From NCBI RefSeq assembly GCF_000008625.1, contig NC_000918.1:1500001-1532000 (forward strand): 32,000 nucleotides of DNA. Direction: 5' to 3'. The position numbers and the translations under genes were made by a program. Source of the stretch: Aquifex aeolicus VF5 (GTDB lineage Bacteria; Aquificota; Aquificia; Aquificales; Aquificaceae). Positions 19,144-28,390 of this stretch are shown in pieces. The notes beneath the pieces are model-generated. The model worked only from the letters and a program-made list of their open reading frames with translations, searched no databases and was not told the origin of the DNA. The first letter of the stretch is position 1. Each line of letters starts with the position of its first letter.

Positions 19144-20756
19144 AAGGTGTTAAAGGAAGAAGGTGGGTACTCCTCTACAGAGAAAAAGAACCGCCTAGTT
19201 TTCTAGTTGAAAAGTACGGAAGAATTCTAGCCCAGCTTATCACAAACAGGGGATATGAGAGGGAAGCGGATAAATTTTTAAACCCGAAACTATCACACAT
19301 TCCCACATACAGGGAACTTGAAGGTATAGAGGAGGCTATAGAGAGAATAAAAGAAGCGGTATTGAAGAAGAAAAGAATAATAATATACGGGGACTACGAC
19401 GTTGACGGAATAACGGGAACGGCAATCCTCTACAGAGTTTTGAAACTCCTCGGTGCAAAAGTTTATCCCGTTCTACCGAACAGACAAACGGGATACGGTC
19501 TCAACAAAGAATTAATGTCCATATTTGAGAAGTACGGAGATTTTCTCATAACCGTTGATAACGGCACTTCCGCAGTTGAGGAAATAGACCAGTCAAGTTT
19601 AGAAACCGTGGTAATAGACCACCACAACGTTCCGCCCAGAATTCCAAAGAAAGCCCTGATAGTTAATCCGAAAGTCGGGGCAAAAAGGGAAGGCTTAAAG
19701 GCTCTATCTTCCTCAGCTTTGAGTTTTTACCTCGGCAGTGCCTTGATAAGGGAATTTAACTTAGACGAAGATCCCAGAAACTTTTTAGATCTGGTTGCCC
19801 TAGGACTCCTTGCGGATTACATGCCCGTAAATCCAGTCACCCGCACACTCGCCGTTAAGGGAATGTACTTGCTAGAGAAAATAGCTCAAGGCAAGGTAAG
19901 AAAACCGGGGGTGAAGGCACTTTTAGAGATTTCTTCGGTAAACGGTAACGTCACTTCAAGGGACGTATACTTTTCCTTAGCTCCGAGGATAAACGCTGCG
20001 GGTAGGATTTCAAAGCCGAAGTTTGCCCTTGATCTCCTCCTTGAAGAAGACGAGAGGAGGGCAAGGGAACTTGCGTTAAAACTCGAGGAAATCAACAGAA
20101 GAAGAAAGGCTATAACAAACCTGACTTACAAGGAAGCGAAAAAGAAGGCTATTGAGGAAATTGATAAAAACTTCTTGGTAGTCTGGGACGAGGAGTGGCA
20201 TCCAGGAATTCTCGGTATAGTTGCTGGAAGACTTGCGGGAGAATTTAACAAACCCGTCGCCGTGTTTTCTAAAGGAAAGACGAAAGCGGTAGGCTCTATA
20301 AGGAGCATAGAGAGTATTGACGTTTATGACAAGGTAAGCACTATGCGTGATATGTTCCTCAAATGGGGCGGACACGACAAGGCTATGGGACTCACGCTCC
20401 CTTCAAATAGACTTGAGGAGTTCAGAGAAAAGGTAAACCAGATATTCGAAAAAGTTAAAGAGAGTGAAGTGATAATTCCGGTTGATATGGAAATAGATCC
20501 GAGAGAATTCGGAGAAGAAGATTTAAGAACCATTAAATCCCTCGAACCTTTCGGAGAGGGAAATCCCCATCCCACGTTTATGACCACGGTAAAAGATGTA
20601 AAGCTCGGAGAAGGCTACAAGGTTTCTATAAACAGTGTAGAGATGGAGTGCTGGGATACGGAACTTCTTAAACACTTAAAAATCGGCAAAAAAATACTTT
20701 ACAGACTTGACGGCGGGAAGTTTATCTTAGAGGATGTAGAAAATGGCTTCGTATAA
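19140..20756 (+). CDS. recJ: Single-stranded-DNA-specific exonuclease RecJ (DHH family)
   Basis: IIIYGDYDVDGITGTAILYRVLK, LITVDNGTSAVEEI, VVIDHHNVPP, LVALGLLADYMPVN, PRINAAGRI, SIRSIESIDVYD..GGHDKAMGLTL. Confidence 0.95.
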   Translation: MKGVKGRRWVLLYREKEPPSFLVEKYGRILAQLITNRGYEREADKFLNPKLSHIPTYRELEGIEEAIERIKEAVLKKKRIIIYGDYDVDGITGTAILYRVLKLLGAKVYPVLPNRQTGYGLNKELMSIFEKYGDFLITVDNGTSAVEEIDQSSLETVVIDHHNVPPRIPKKALIVNPKVGAKREGLKALSSSALSFYLGSALIREFNLDEDPRNFLDLVALGLLADYMPVNPVTRTLAVKGMYLLEKIAQGKVRKPGVKALLEISSVNGNVTSRDVYFSLAPRINAAGRISKPKFALDLLLEEDERRARELALKLEEINRRRKAITNLTYKEAKKKAIEEIDKNFLVVWDEEWHPGILGIVAGRLAGEFNKPVAVFSKGKTKAVGSIRSIESIDVYDKVSTMRDMFLKWGGHDKAMGLTLPSNRLEEFREKVNQIFEKVKESEVIIPVDMEIDPREFGEEDLRTIKSLEPFGEGNPHPTFMTTVKDVKLGEGYKVSINSVEMECWDTELLKHLKIGKKILYRLDGGKFILEDVENGFV

Positions 20757-21225
20757 AGGGCATGAGTTATTTAACGTTCTCGCTTTAGGTCCTCTAATTT
20801 TGTTAGTTCCTCAGGATTACAGAATCCCTTTCGGAATTGGATACCTTCTCGGAACTTTCTTCCTATCTCCCGATTTAGACCTGCATTTTTCCAAACCGTC
20901 TCAGAGGTGGAAGTTCTTAAAATTTCTGTGGTTTCCCTTCTGGGTGTTTTCAAGACACAGAGGCATAACCCACGTTCCCTTTTTAGGAACTCTCGTGAAA
21001 TTGTTTTACTTGATATTCATATTCTTCTTTCTTTACTTTGCAGTTTTAGGAGTTTTAAGTATTTTAGGCTTTGCCCCAAAAGAGCTTCTATCCTTTGATC
21101 CCTTCGCTTTTATAAATGAATTCTTAAAAAGCGAAAAGGGGTTTTTCTTCATTCTCGGCTTAATAGTAGCGGATTTACTTCACATAGTTTTAGACATAGT
21201 TTCATCCTTCATCAAGAGGTTTTAA
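20743..21225 (+). CDS. DUF2227-like membrane-associated putative metal-binding protein
   Basis: [41 protein letters not shown]: conserved metal-ligand pattern. Confidence 0.75.
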
Positions 21226-22740
21226 GTTCTTCGTACTTCGTTTAATGAATTCTATAGCTTCTTCTTTCGTCTCTACTTTTCCGTCTATTTGGGCCTCAAG
21301 GAGTGCTTTCTTTAAAATACCTACTATCTTTCCGGGCTTAATCCCTAAAATTTCCATGATTTCATCGCCGTTCAGGAGGGGTTTCTGAATTTCTTCCTTC
21401 ATCTCGTTTCTGTTAAAGCTTTCAAGTTCCGCTATCGTCTCCATAAGAGCCTTTATGTCCTCCTCTTCATCCCCGCTTGCCATAGCGTCTGCAATAGAGA
21501 GGAGGAAAAGGTGTGGAGCTATATCACCGCATTCCCTCCAGAAGTTGGCCATTCCCCTCCTCTTGAGCTCTCCTTTCTTGAAAGCTTCCCTCAAGAAAAA
21601 GGGTCTTAAGTGATGTCTTACGAGTTTTGCAACAAACTCCGTCGCTTCGTCTCCCCACCTTAACCTCTCGCCTATCTCTCTTACTATTTGTGCCCCTACT
21701 TTATCATGTTCGTAAAAGGTTACCTTTCCCTCCCTTACAGCAAAAGTTTGAGGTTTTCCTATATCGTGAAAAAGTGCTCCCCACTTGAGGAGTTCAACAT
21801 CGGTAAACTCTCCCAGAACTCTCTTTTTTCCAAAGTTTTCAAGAAGTTCCGCACTCAGGTACTTTGCACGATCCTCTATTACTTGTTCCAAGTACTCTAA
21901 AGTCTTTAGGGTATGTTCATCAAGCGGGTATATGTGGTGCTCTCCCTGATCCTTTACCTCCCTTAACCTGCCTATCTCAGGAATTATTGCCTCGAGAACG
22001 CCGTACTCGTAGAGTTCCCTTATAACCTTGTGTGCGGTTTTTTCCTTCATTATCTTGAAAAGTTCATGGGTTATTCTCTCAACCGCGGACTTTAAAACTA
22101 TTCTCGGATCTTCCTTTACGAATTCATAAAAGTCTTCCGTGAGCTGTAAATTTTTCTCAATCGCTATCCTGAAGCCTCTCAAAACCCGAACGGGGTCTCT
22201 CTTTAGGTTTTCTATGGACACGGGTCTGAGAAGCCCTTGCTCCAGATCTTTTATCCCACCCGTAGGGTCGTACACTATAGTTTGTTTTGCACCTATACTC
22301 AGAACGTCGTCGAGGTTAACAGCTATCGCGTTTGCGGTAAAGTCCCTCTCCTTTAAATCCTCTATGAGCGCCTTTTCAAGGTCTTTTCCCTTCAGCGGGG
22401 AAAAGTCAAACCTGTACCTGTAGGGAGGAAGGTGAAGAACAACGCTTGCTATCGTGGGTCTCTTTATTAAGAATCCCCTTTTCTCAAATACGAAAAAGTG
22501 TCCTCCAATTCTTTTTGCAAAATTCTTAGCGAGTTCCACGGGGTCTGCAGTTGTTAAAAAGTCAACGTCTATGTTGTAACCCACGGGTTCTCCCAATATC
22601 CTGTCTCTTACCCATCCGCCGACTATAAAGCAGTAATGTTCTCTTGGAAGGACTTTTGCGACGTCGTCGAAGTAAGAAAGGTAAAAGTTCAATCCGTGAA
22701 GTGTGTGTTTTCCCGAGGAAACTATCTCGATGTTTTCCAT
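21202..22740 (-). CDS. Class II tRNA nucleotidyltransferase (CCA-, CC- or A-adding) with C-terminal HD domain
   Basis: [69 protein letters not shown]; HD motif [14 protein letters not shown]...VRHHLRP. Confidence 0.92.
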
Positions 22741-22858
22741 GTCTTTAAAATATATACGCCCTTTTGTATGATTAAGAGCAAAAGAAGCAATGTGGTGGAA
22801 ATTTTCGCTCTACTTGTCACACTATAGATACAGGTTTCCGAGCGGTAAAATTTTTACT

Positions 22859-23365
22859 ATGAAAATCCTTTGGGCTCCTTGGAGAAGGGCTTACGTAGAA
22901 AACGTGGACAAAATAGAAGGCTGTTTCCTCTGTCACGCCCTTTCACAACCGCCAGAAAAGTGGAAGGAGGTGCTATTGGTTTACAAAGGAAAAAATGCAT
23001 TCATAATCCTCAATAAATACCCTTACAACACGGGACACCTCATGATAGTTCCCGTAAAGCATATCGGGAACTATGAAGAAGTGGACGAAGAAACGGCCCT
23101 TGAGATGCACAAACTCCTTCAGGTATCTTTAAAGGCTCTAAAAAAGGAGTACAAGCCCCACGGCTTTAACGTAGGCTACAACTTCGGAAGACCCGCAGGA
23201 GCAGGACTTGAAGAACACATACACCTCCACGTAGTTCCGAGGTGGAACGGAGACACCAACTTCATGCCCGTTTTAGCTCAGACTAAGGTAATCTCAGAAG
23301 ACCTTTACAGTACCTACGACAGAGTAAAGAAAGCGATAGAAGAAGTCTTAAATGAGTCTTCTTGA
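22859..23365 (+). CDS. HIT family hydrolase/AP4A phosphorylase-like
   Basis: CFLCHAL, ILNKYPYNTGHLMIVPVKHIG, HIHLHVVPRWNGDTNFMPVL. ATG at 22859 fits the family N terminus (MKILWAPWRRAYV) better than the track start at 22790. Confidence 0.9.
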   Translation: MKILWAPWRRAYVENVDKIEGCFLCHALSQPPEKWKEVLLVYKGKNAFIILNKYPYNTGHLMIVPVKHIGNYEEVDEETALEMHKLLQVSLKALKKEYKPHGFNVGYNFGRPAGAGLEEHIHLHVVPRWNGDTNFMPVLAQTKVISEDLYSTYDRVKKAIEEVLNESS

Positions 23366-24107
23366 AGTTAAAAACTTAAACCTCTGGTACAGGGAGAAGC
23401 AGGTTCTCTTTGACGTTTCCTTTGAAGTAAAGATAGGGGAAATCCTGTGCATAGTTGGAGAAAGCGGTTCCGGTAAGAGCTCCATACTCTTTACCATCTT
23501 AAGATTGCTTCCTCCTTACGCCAGAGTGTCGGGTAGCGTAAAGTTTTTAGGAAGGGAACTCTTAAAGCTCTCGGAAAGGGAAATGAAAAGTATTAGAGGA
23601 AAGGAAGTAGGAATGGTGTTCCAGGAACCTTCCCTTTACCTTGACCCTCTCTTTACGGTAGGCTCTCAAATTGAAGAGACTTACCTTTCCCATTTCAAAG
23701 CCGGCAGAAGAGAGGCTTACGAGGCTTGTATAAAAGCCATGAAGAAGGCAGGAATACCCAAACCCGAGGAAAAGTACAGGATGTACCCCCACCAGCTCTC
23801 GGGAGGACTCAAGCAGAGGGTATGTATAGCAAATGCAATCGTGTGTGAGCCAAAACTCGTCCTTGCAGACGAGCCCACCACTGCTCTGGACGTTTCTGTC
23901 CAGAGAAGAATACTCGCCCTTTTCAGGAATATGAAGGAAGAGGGTAAGGCTGTAATACTTATAACCCACGATTTTGGAGTGGTTGCGGAAGTGGGAGACA
24001 GGGTAATAGTCTTAAAAGACGGCAAAGTGGTGGAAGAAGGAGACGTTTTTGAGATTTTTGACAATCCTAAGCACGAATACACAAAAAAACTTCTCTCTGC
24101 GATTTAA
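23352..24107 (+). CDS. Oligopeptide/dipeptide-type ABC transporter ATP-binding protein
   Basis: VVGESGSGKSS-like Walker A (IVGESGSGKSSILF), LSGGLKQRVCIANAI, LADEPTTALDVSVQRRILALF, ITHDFGVVAEVGDRVIVLKDGKVVEEGDVFEIFDNPKHEYTKKLL. Confidence 0.92.
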   Translation: MSLLEVKNLNLWYREKQVLFDVSFEVKIGEILCIVGESGSGKSSILFTILRLLPPYARVSGSVKFLGRELLKLSEREMKSIRGKEVGMVFQEPSLYLDPLFTVGSQIEETYLSHFKAGRREAYEACIKAMKKAGIPKPEEKYRMYPHQLSGGLKQRVCIANAIVCEPKLVLADEPTTALDVSVQRRILALFRNMKEEGKAVILITHDFGVVAEVGDRVIVLKDGKVVEEGDVFEIFDNPKHEYTKKLLSAI

Positions 24108-24117
24108 AATAGAAGGA

Positions 24118-24744
24118 ATGATCGTGGAATTATCTCACCCCCTGATAAAGCACAAGGTAAACACAGCAAGAATACAGGACACTTCCGCAGAAAAGCTCAG
24201 GAAAACCTTAAAGGAACTTGGTTTTATGCTTGTATATGAAGCCCTAAAAGACATACTTTTAGAGGAAAAGGAAGTCAGAACGTGGATAGGTAACAAAAGA
24301 TTTAATTACTTGAATGAAGAAGAAATAGTATTCGTTCCCATACTGAGGGCGGGACTTTCCTTTCTGGAGGGAGCACTCCAAGTCGTACCGAACGCAAAGG
24401 TAGGATTTCTAGGAATAAAGAGAAACGAAGAGACTCTTGAATCTCACATATACTACTCAAGACTGCCAGAGCTGAAGGGAAAAATCGTAGTTATACTTGA
24501 CCCCATGCTTGCAACCGGAGGAACGCTGGAAGTGGCGTTAAGGGAAATCCTCAAACACTCACCTCTTAAGGTAAAGAGCGTGCACGCGATAGCCGCCCCG
24601 GAGGGTCTAAAAAGGATAGAAGAAAAGTTTAAAGAAGTGGAAATCTTTGTGGGAAATGTAGATGAAAGATTAAACGACAAGGGATACATAATCCCGGGTC
24701 TGGGAGACATAGGCGACAGGTTATACGCGGTAAGTGTGTATTGA
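24118..24744 (+). CDS. upp: Uracil phosphoribosyltransferase
   Basis: LSHPLIKHKVNTARIQDTSAEKLRKTLKELGFMLVYEA, PILRAGLSFLEG, VVILDPMLATGGTLEVAL, KGYIIPGLGDIGDRLY. ATG 24118 is preferred over 24049. Confidence 0.95.
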   Translation: MIVELSHPLIKHKVNTARIQDTSAEKLRKTLKELGFMLVYEALKDILLEEKEVRTWIGNKRFNYLNEEEIVFVPILRAGLSFLEGALQVVPNAKVGFLGIKRNEETLESHIYYSRLPELKGKIVVILDPMLATGGTLEVALREILKHSPLKVKSVHAIAAPEGLKRIEEKFKEVEIFVGNVDERLNDKGYIIPGLGDIGDRLYAVSVY

Positions 24745-25290
24745 TTTCTTTTCTTTGATCATTTTCGCTATTTCCTCATAGTTGTCGTTCAGTCTTCTGT
24801 CTATTTTTTCCACAACTAGCTCCACGTTTTCTGGTATGGATATCCAGAGCTTACCTCTCTTTTCCGGTGCAAAGAGTTTTACACACTTTTTAAGAAACTT
24901 GTAGTAATGTTTCGGGAGTCTGTAAACCGCGTGCTGAACGATATCTGGAGTTTGCCATGGGCACACTTTATAACCTTTCTCTAGTTTTTCAAAGAGTCCT
25001 TTAGTTCCGTGAATTGCCCTGTTTAGAGCCATTAAAAAGGTGGGAACACCCTTGAGAAAAGCGTCCGTGAGTTCCTTATTTTCATGAACCGTTGCGTCGT
25101 ACATAATTACCTTTTTTTCTTCAAGGAGAGCCTTTATAAGGTCTATAGGGACCGCAAACTCGGGAAAGTAGAGAGGCGTCCCGGCAGCGGTGTAAGATGA
25201 TGGAAAGTAAACTATGTAGTCGTAATCGGGATAAACTATTAAGCCGTTTGTCATGTTCGCAACGTGGAGAACCTTTTTATCTTCCTTCAT
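24721..25290 (-). CDS. Conserved hypothetical protein, function unknown
   Basis: Full-length 189 aa ORF in a gene-dense context, no family recognised (MKEDKKVLHVANMTNGLIVYPDYDYIVYFPSSYTAAGTPLYFPEF...). Confidence 0.6.
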   Translation of the reverse strand: MKEDKKVLHVANMTNGLIVYPDYDYIVYFPSSYTAAGTPLYFPEFAVPIDLIKALLEEKKVIMYDATVHENKELTDAFLKGVPTFLMALNRAIHGTKGLFEKLEKGYKVCPWQTPDIVQHAVYRLPKHYYKFLKKCVKLFAPEKRGKLWISIPENVELVVEKIDRRLNDNYEEIAKMIKEKKSIHTYRV

Positions 25291-25296
25291 AAAGAA

Positions 25297-26034
25297 TTAA
25301 GATACACTCTTCTTAAGAGTTGTTAAAAACACCAATATACCCGTTAAGGCGTGGAAGAAAACAAGGGTAAAACCGGTTGGTAGGTCAAGCTTAAATGAAA
25401 TCAATATCCCGAGTGTATTGACGAGAGCACCGTAAACCCATGCAAACAAAAGCCCTTTTCCGAGCAGGTTTGCAACAAGAGCTGGAGCCACAAGAATTGA
25501 GAAAACTATTAAAACACCCACCAGTTTTACGGAAGAAGTAACCGTTATAGAAAACAAGGTAAAAAAAGATACCTCCCTCAGGAGTTCGTTCCTCAAATAC
25601 CTCCTCAGGTAAAGGAGGAAACCTATCGCTGCGTAAAGCATCCCGGAAATCAAAATCTCCTTCTTTGAAACGAAGAGTATGTCACCTGCGGTTAATTGCA
25701 GGAATTCCTCCATACCGTGAGGGGTTTGTGAAAGTATGAGAACAACGGAAGAAAAGCCAAGAGCGTAAAGGAGACCTATGAACGCCTCCGCAAATTCTTT
25801 TTTTACCTGCGAAAGTGCAACCAGCATACCCGCAAAAAGGGAAAAGACAAAAGCCATTAAGTAGGAAGGTTCGTGGAAAATTAAAATGGAAAGGGCAAGC
25901 CCAACCGCTGCAAACTGTGCTACCGCTATGTCTACGAAAATTATGCCTCTCCTCACTATTTCCAATCCGAAACTCGCGTGTATCCCGAGCAGGATAAAAG
26001 AAAAGAGAAGGGCCTGGAAGAATAAATCAACCAC
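25297..26034 (-). CDS. ABC-3 family metal (Zn/Mn) transporter permease, ZnuB-like
   Basis: GIHASFGLEIVRRGIIFVDIAVAQFAAVGLALS, GDILFVSKKEIL, TVTSSVKLVGVLIVFSILVAPALVANLL. Confidence 0.9.
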   Translation of the reverse strand: MVDLFFQALLFSFILLGIHASFGLEIVRRGIIFVDIAVAQFAAVGLALSILIFHEPSYLMAFVFSLFAGMLVALSQVKKEFAEAFIGLLYALGFSSVVLILSQTPHGMEEFLQLTAGDILFVSKKEILISGMLYAAIGFLLYLRRYLRNELLREVSFFTLFSITVTSSVKLVGVLIVFSILVAPALVANLLGKGLLFAWVYGALVNTLGILISFKLDLPTGFTLVFFHALTGILVFLTTLKKSVS

Positions 26035-26899
26035 CCTTTAACCTCCTCAGGATTTCGTCAAACAGGGAAAAATTGTCCTTTACTTCAGGCAGGGAGTTTA
26101 CATCGTGGGGGAGTACTAAAACCTTAGCTCCAAGCTCTTTGGCCACGAACTGGGCCGTTCTTCTTTCGTTGTAAACCGCAAGGAGTACGTACTTTATATC
26201 CTTCAAAGAAAGGAGTTTCTGTATGTGGCTCTTTGTGGGAGGTATTCCGGGCAAGGGTTCAAGGGTGGCAACGAGAACAACACCGTACCTTCTAAGCAGG
26301 TAGTTAAAAACAGAGTGATAACTTATTACCCTTGTGCCTCTGAAAGTTGAAAATTCCCTGTCCCACACTTCCAGCTTTTCGTTCCACTTTGCCAGAAACT
26401 CATTTAAATTCTTTCCGTAAAATTCGCAGTTTCCGGGGTCAATTAGACACAGCCTGTCCTTAATAGCCTGGGCCAGAACAGGGATATTGTGAGGGTCAAG
26501 GTTGTAGTGGGGGTTTCCCTCTGGGTGAACATCTCCCATAGCCCGTGAAACTTCCTTCGGTTTTTCTATAAGCTCAATAAACGTAGAAAGGTCTAAAAAT
26601 CCCTTAGTCCCGGGTTGTATCTTGGGGTTGTTCGATTGAGAGAGCAAAGGAGGAAGAAAGCCTATTTCCAGAGAAGCACCCTGAATTATAAGTAAATCCG
26701 CCCTTCTTAGCTTAGCTATATGTGAGGGTTTAGGAACTACGAAGTGAGGGTCCTCTGTTCCCTTTGCTATAATGTAAACCTTTACCTTTTCTTTTCCTAT
26801 CTTGTCAACCAAGTCGCCTATCCACGGATAAGTTACAACTACGTTCAGTTTTGCAAAAGAAAGGGTTATAAAAAAGAGAAAAACAAACAGAGCTCTCAT
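26027..26899 (-). CDS. Metal ABC transporter substrate-binding protein, ZnuA/TroA-like
   Basis: VVTYPWIGDLVDKIGKEKVKVYIIAKGTEDPHF, metal site GDVHPEGNPHYNLDPHN, VISYHSVFNYLLRRYG, LVLPHDVN. Confidence 0.92.
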   Translation of the reverse strand: MRALFVFLFFITLSFAKLNVVVTYPWIGDLVDKIGKEKVKVYIIAKGTEDPHFVVPKPSHIAKLRRADLLIIQGASLEIGFLPPLLSQSNNPKIQPGTKGFLDLSTFIELIEKPKEVSRAMGDVHPEGNPHYNLDPHNIPVLAQAIKDRLCLIDPGNCEFYGKNLNEFLAKWNEKLEVWDREFSTFRGTRVISYHSVFNYLLRRYGVVLVATLEPLPGIPPTKSHIQKLLSLKDIKYVLLAVYNERRTAQFVAKELGAKVLVLPHDVNSLPEVKDNFSLFDEILRRLKGG

Positions 26900-26911
26900 C
26901 TTTACACCTCC

Positions 26912-28321
26912 CTAAAAGGGGTGAGAAGTGTGTGCACCTATTACAAAGTTAAACTGGAAGATAAACTCGTTTATCGTTTTCCTCTTATCCTCTTTGTAGA
27001 AGGCTCTGTTCTGCCCGAGTTGAAGTCTTATACGGGAAAATTCAGTGGGATTGAATTCAAGCATCCAGTAATAAGCGGAAAGGTCATCGGGAAGGTCCTT
27101 TTTTATTCCGTTCACTTTGAGTTCGTTCTTGTTTATCAGGTTGTATTGAATTCCGGTTCTCCATCTCCTGTCAAACTTCCAAACAACTTGGGCATACAGT
27201 CCTCCCTGCTTTTTTGTTAGCGGGGAAGTACTTTCAGGAGTGTACTTTGTGCCTTCTTGTCTTCTGTACAAATACTCCCCCTGAAAAGCGAGGTATCTGT
27301 AAGAGTCTATAAAGTACTTCGCAGTAAGGTCTAAGCCGTATATTTTCGTTCTTCCCGCAAAGGCGTGAGGCTCTTCCTCGTCTTCTAAGTGGTTTATCCT
27401 CGTTCTTCCGTAGGCGTAAGAAATCCCTCCGAGCAAGGATAAATTTCCTACATCAAATGAAGTCTTTAAAAATCCTACGTAGAGGTTTGGCTTTGGAGTG
27501 TCCGGTACGCGTAGGTCTTCATTCACAGAAAATCCTTCCGTTCCGAAACTCATCTCATTTTCTCCCTGTAAAACTTCCGCTCCGAGTAAGAGGTAAAAGG
27601 GCACCGGTGCGAGCCAGTTAACTTGAACTCCCTTTTCTATCAATCCCTCACCCAAGAAAACCTTATAAACGAGGGGAGGATTTGCGAATTCCCATACGTG
27701 GGGATGCTGGGAGTTAAGTCTTCCGAAGGAACTCCTGAACTTACCCACCTTCACCTGAAAACCGTAAGGGAGACCTCTCGTCACCGCATAAGCCTCTTCA
27801 ACTGTAGAACCATCCTCCGAAAAGGGAATGGTAGCGTAAAGGTCAAAGTAGGGGTCAACCGGAGCGTAAAGGAACAGCTCCGCGTAGTTCAAATTAAAAC
27901 CGCGCTTTTCATTAAGTTCACCGTGTTCGTGTCCCCCGTGTCCGTGGTAGAGTGCGGGAATTTCAAGCTCCTTTAATTCGGAATCCTTCTTGTTGCGTCC
28001 CACAAAAGAAAAGTCCAGTATCAGGGAAATGTCTGGAAGAAACGCTTTCTGGGAAAAGGGTGATACCTGGTAAGCTCCGAGTCTTTCCTCGTATTTTGTC
28101 CTTATCTTGAGCGTTCTGTCCGCGGGTGTAGGTTTCAAGGCTACCGCCTCTTTTTTCTTTTCTTCTTCTTTCTTGGCTTTCTCAAGCTCTTCTAAACGCC
28201 TTTCTATCTCTTGAATTTTTTTCTTATACTCTTCCAAAAGCCTTTTCAAATCTTCAACACTTTCCTGAGAAAAAGCCACACTTATGAACAAAATTGAAAG
28301 TAAAAGGACATACTTTTTCAT
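26912..28321 (-). CDS. Outer-membrane beta-barrel protein, candidate zinc-related outer-membrane channel
   Basis: Signal peptide, periplasmic coiled coil VEDLKRLLEEYKKKIQEIERRLEELEKAKKEEEKKKE, His-rich YHGHGGHEHGEL, alternating barrel strands, C-terminal ...IFQFNFVIGAHTSHPF; next to ZnuA-like gene. Confidence 0.7.
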   Translation of the reverse strand: MKKYVLLLSILFISVAFSQESVEDLKRLLEEYKKKIQEIERRLEELEKAKKEEEKKKEAVALKPTPADRTLKIRTKYEERLGAYQVSPFSQKAFLPDISLILDFSFVGRNKKDSELKELEIPALYHGHGGHEHGELNEKRGFNLNYAELFLYAPVDPYFDLYATIPFSEDGSTVEEAYAVTRGLPYGFQVKVGKFRSSFGRLNSQHPHVWEFANPPLVYKVFLGEGLIEKGVQVNWLAPVPFYLLLGAEVLQGENEMSFGTEGFSVNEDLRVPDTPKPNLYVGFLKTSFDVGNLSLLGGISYAYGRTRINHLEDEEEPHAFAGRTKIYGLDLTAKYFIDSYRYLAFQGEYLYRRQEGTKYTPESTSPLTKKQGGLYAQVVWKFDRRWRTGIQYNLINKNELKVNGIKKDLPDDLSAYYWMLEFNPTEFSRIRLQLGQNRAFYKEDKRKTINEFIFQFNFVIGAHTSHPF

Positions 28322-28328
28322 AACTACA

Positions 28329-28390
28329 CACCTCCTGCAGTTTTTTTTAGAAAAAAAAGCGTTTTGGAATTTTTAGACCGCAGGAGGTGC
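28329..28390 (-). promoter_or_regulatory. Long-range inverted repeat pairing the SD of the outer-membrane protein gene with the end of the upstream gene
   Basis: Perfect 10-nt repeat CACCTCCTGC (28329-28338, plus) and GCAGGAGGTG (28380-28389, plus), extendable on the minus transcript to 14 pairs including 2 G-U. Confidence 0.6.

Noticed and set aside
22741-22858. Classical promoter pair in the divergent region between the nucleotidyltransferase and HIT genes
   Set aside because: Candidate -35 boxes such as TTGTCA (22814-22819) do not sit at 16-18 nt from a plausible -10, so I only report the -10-like element in the spacing finding.
26744-27220. 158-aa ORF antisense to the outer-membrane protein and ZnuA-like genes
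   Set aside because: Overlaps two well-supported genes on the opposite strand and has no recognisable features.
28341-28358. T8-AG-A8 tract as an intrinsic terminator
   Set aside because: No G/C-rich stem followed by a U tract in either direction; better viewed as the loop of the larger inverted repeat.
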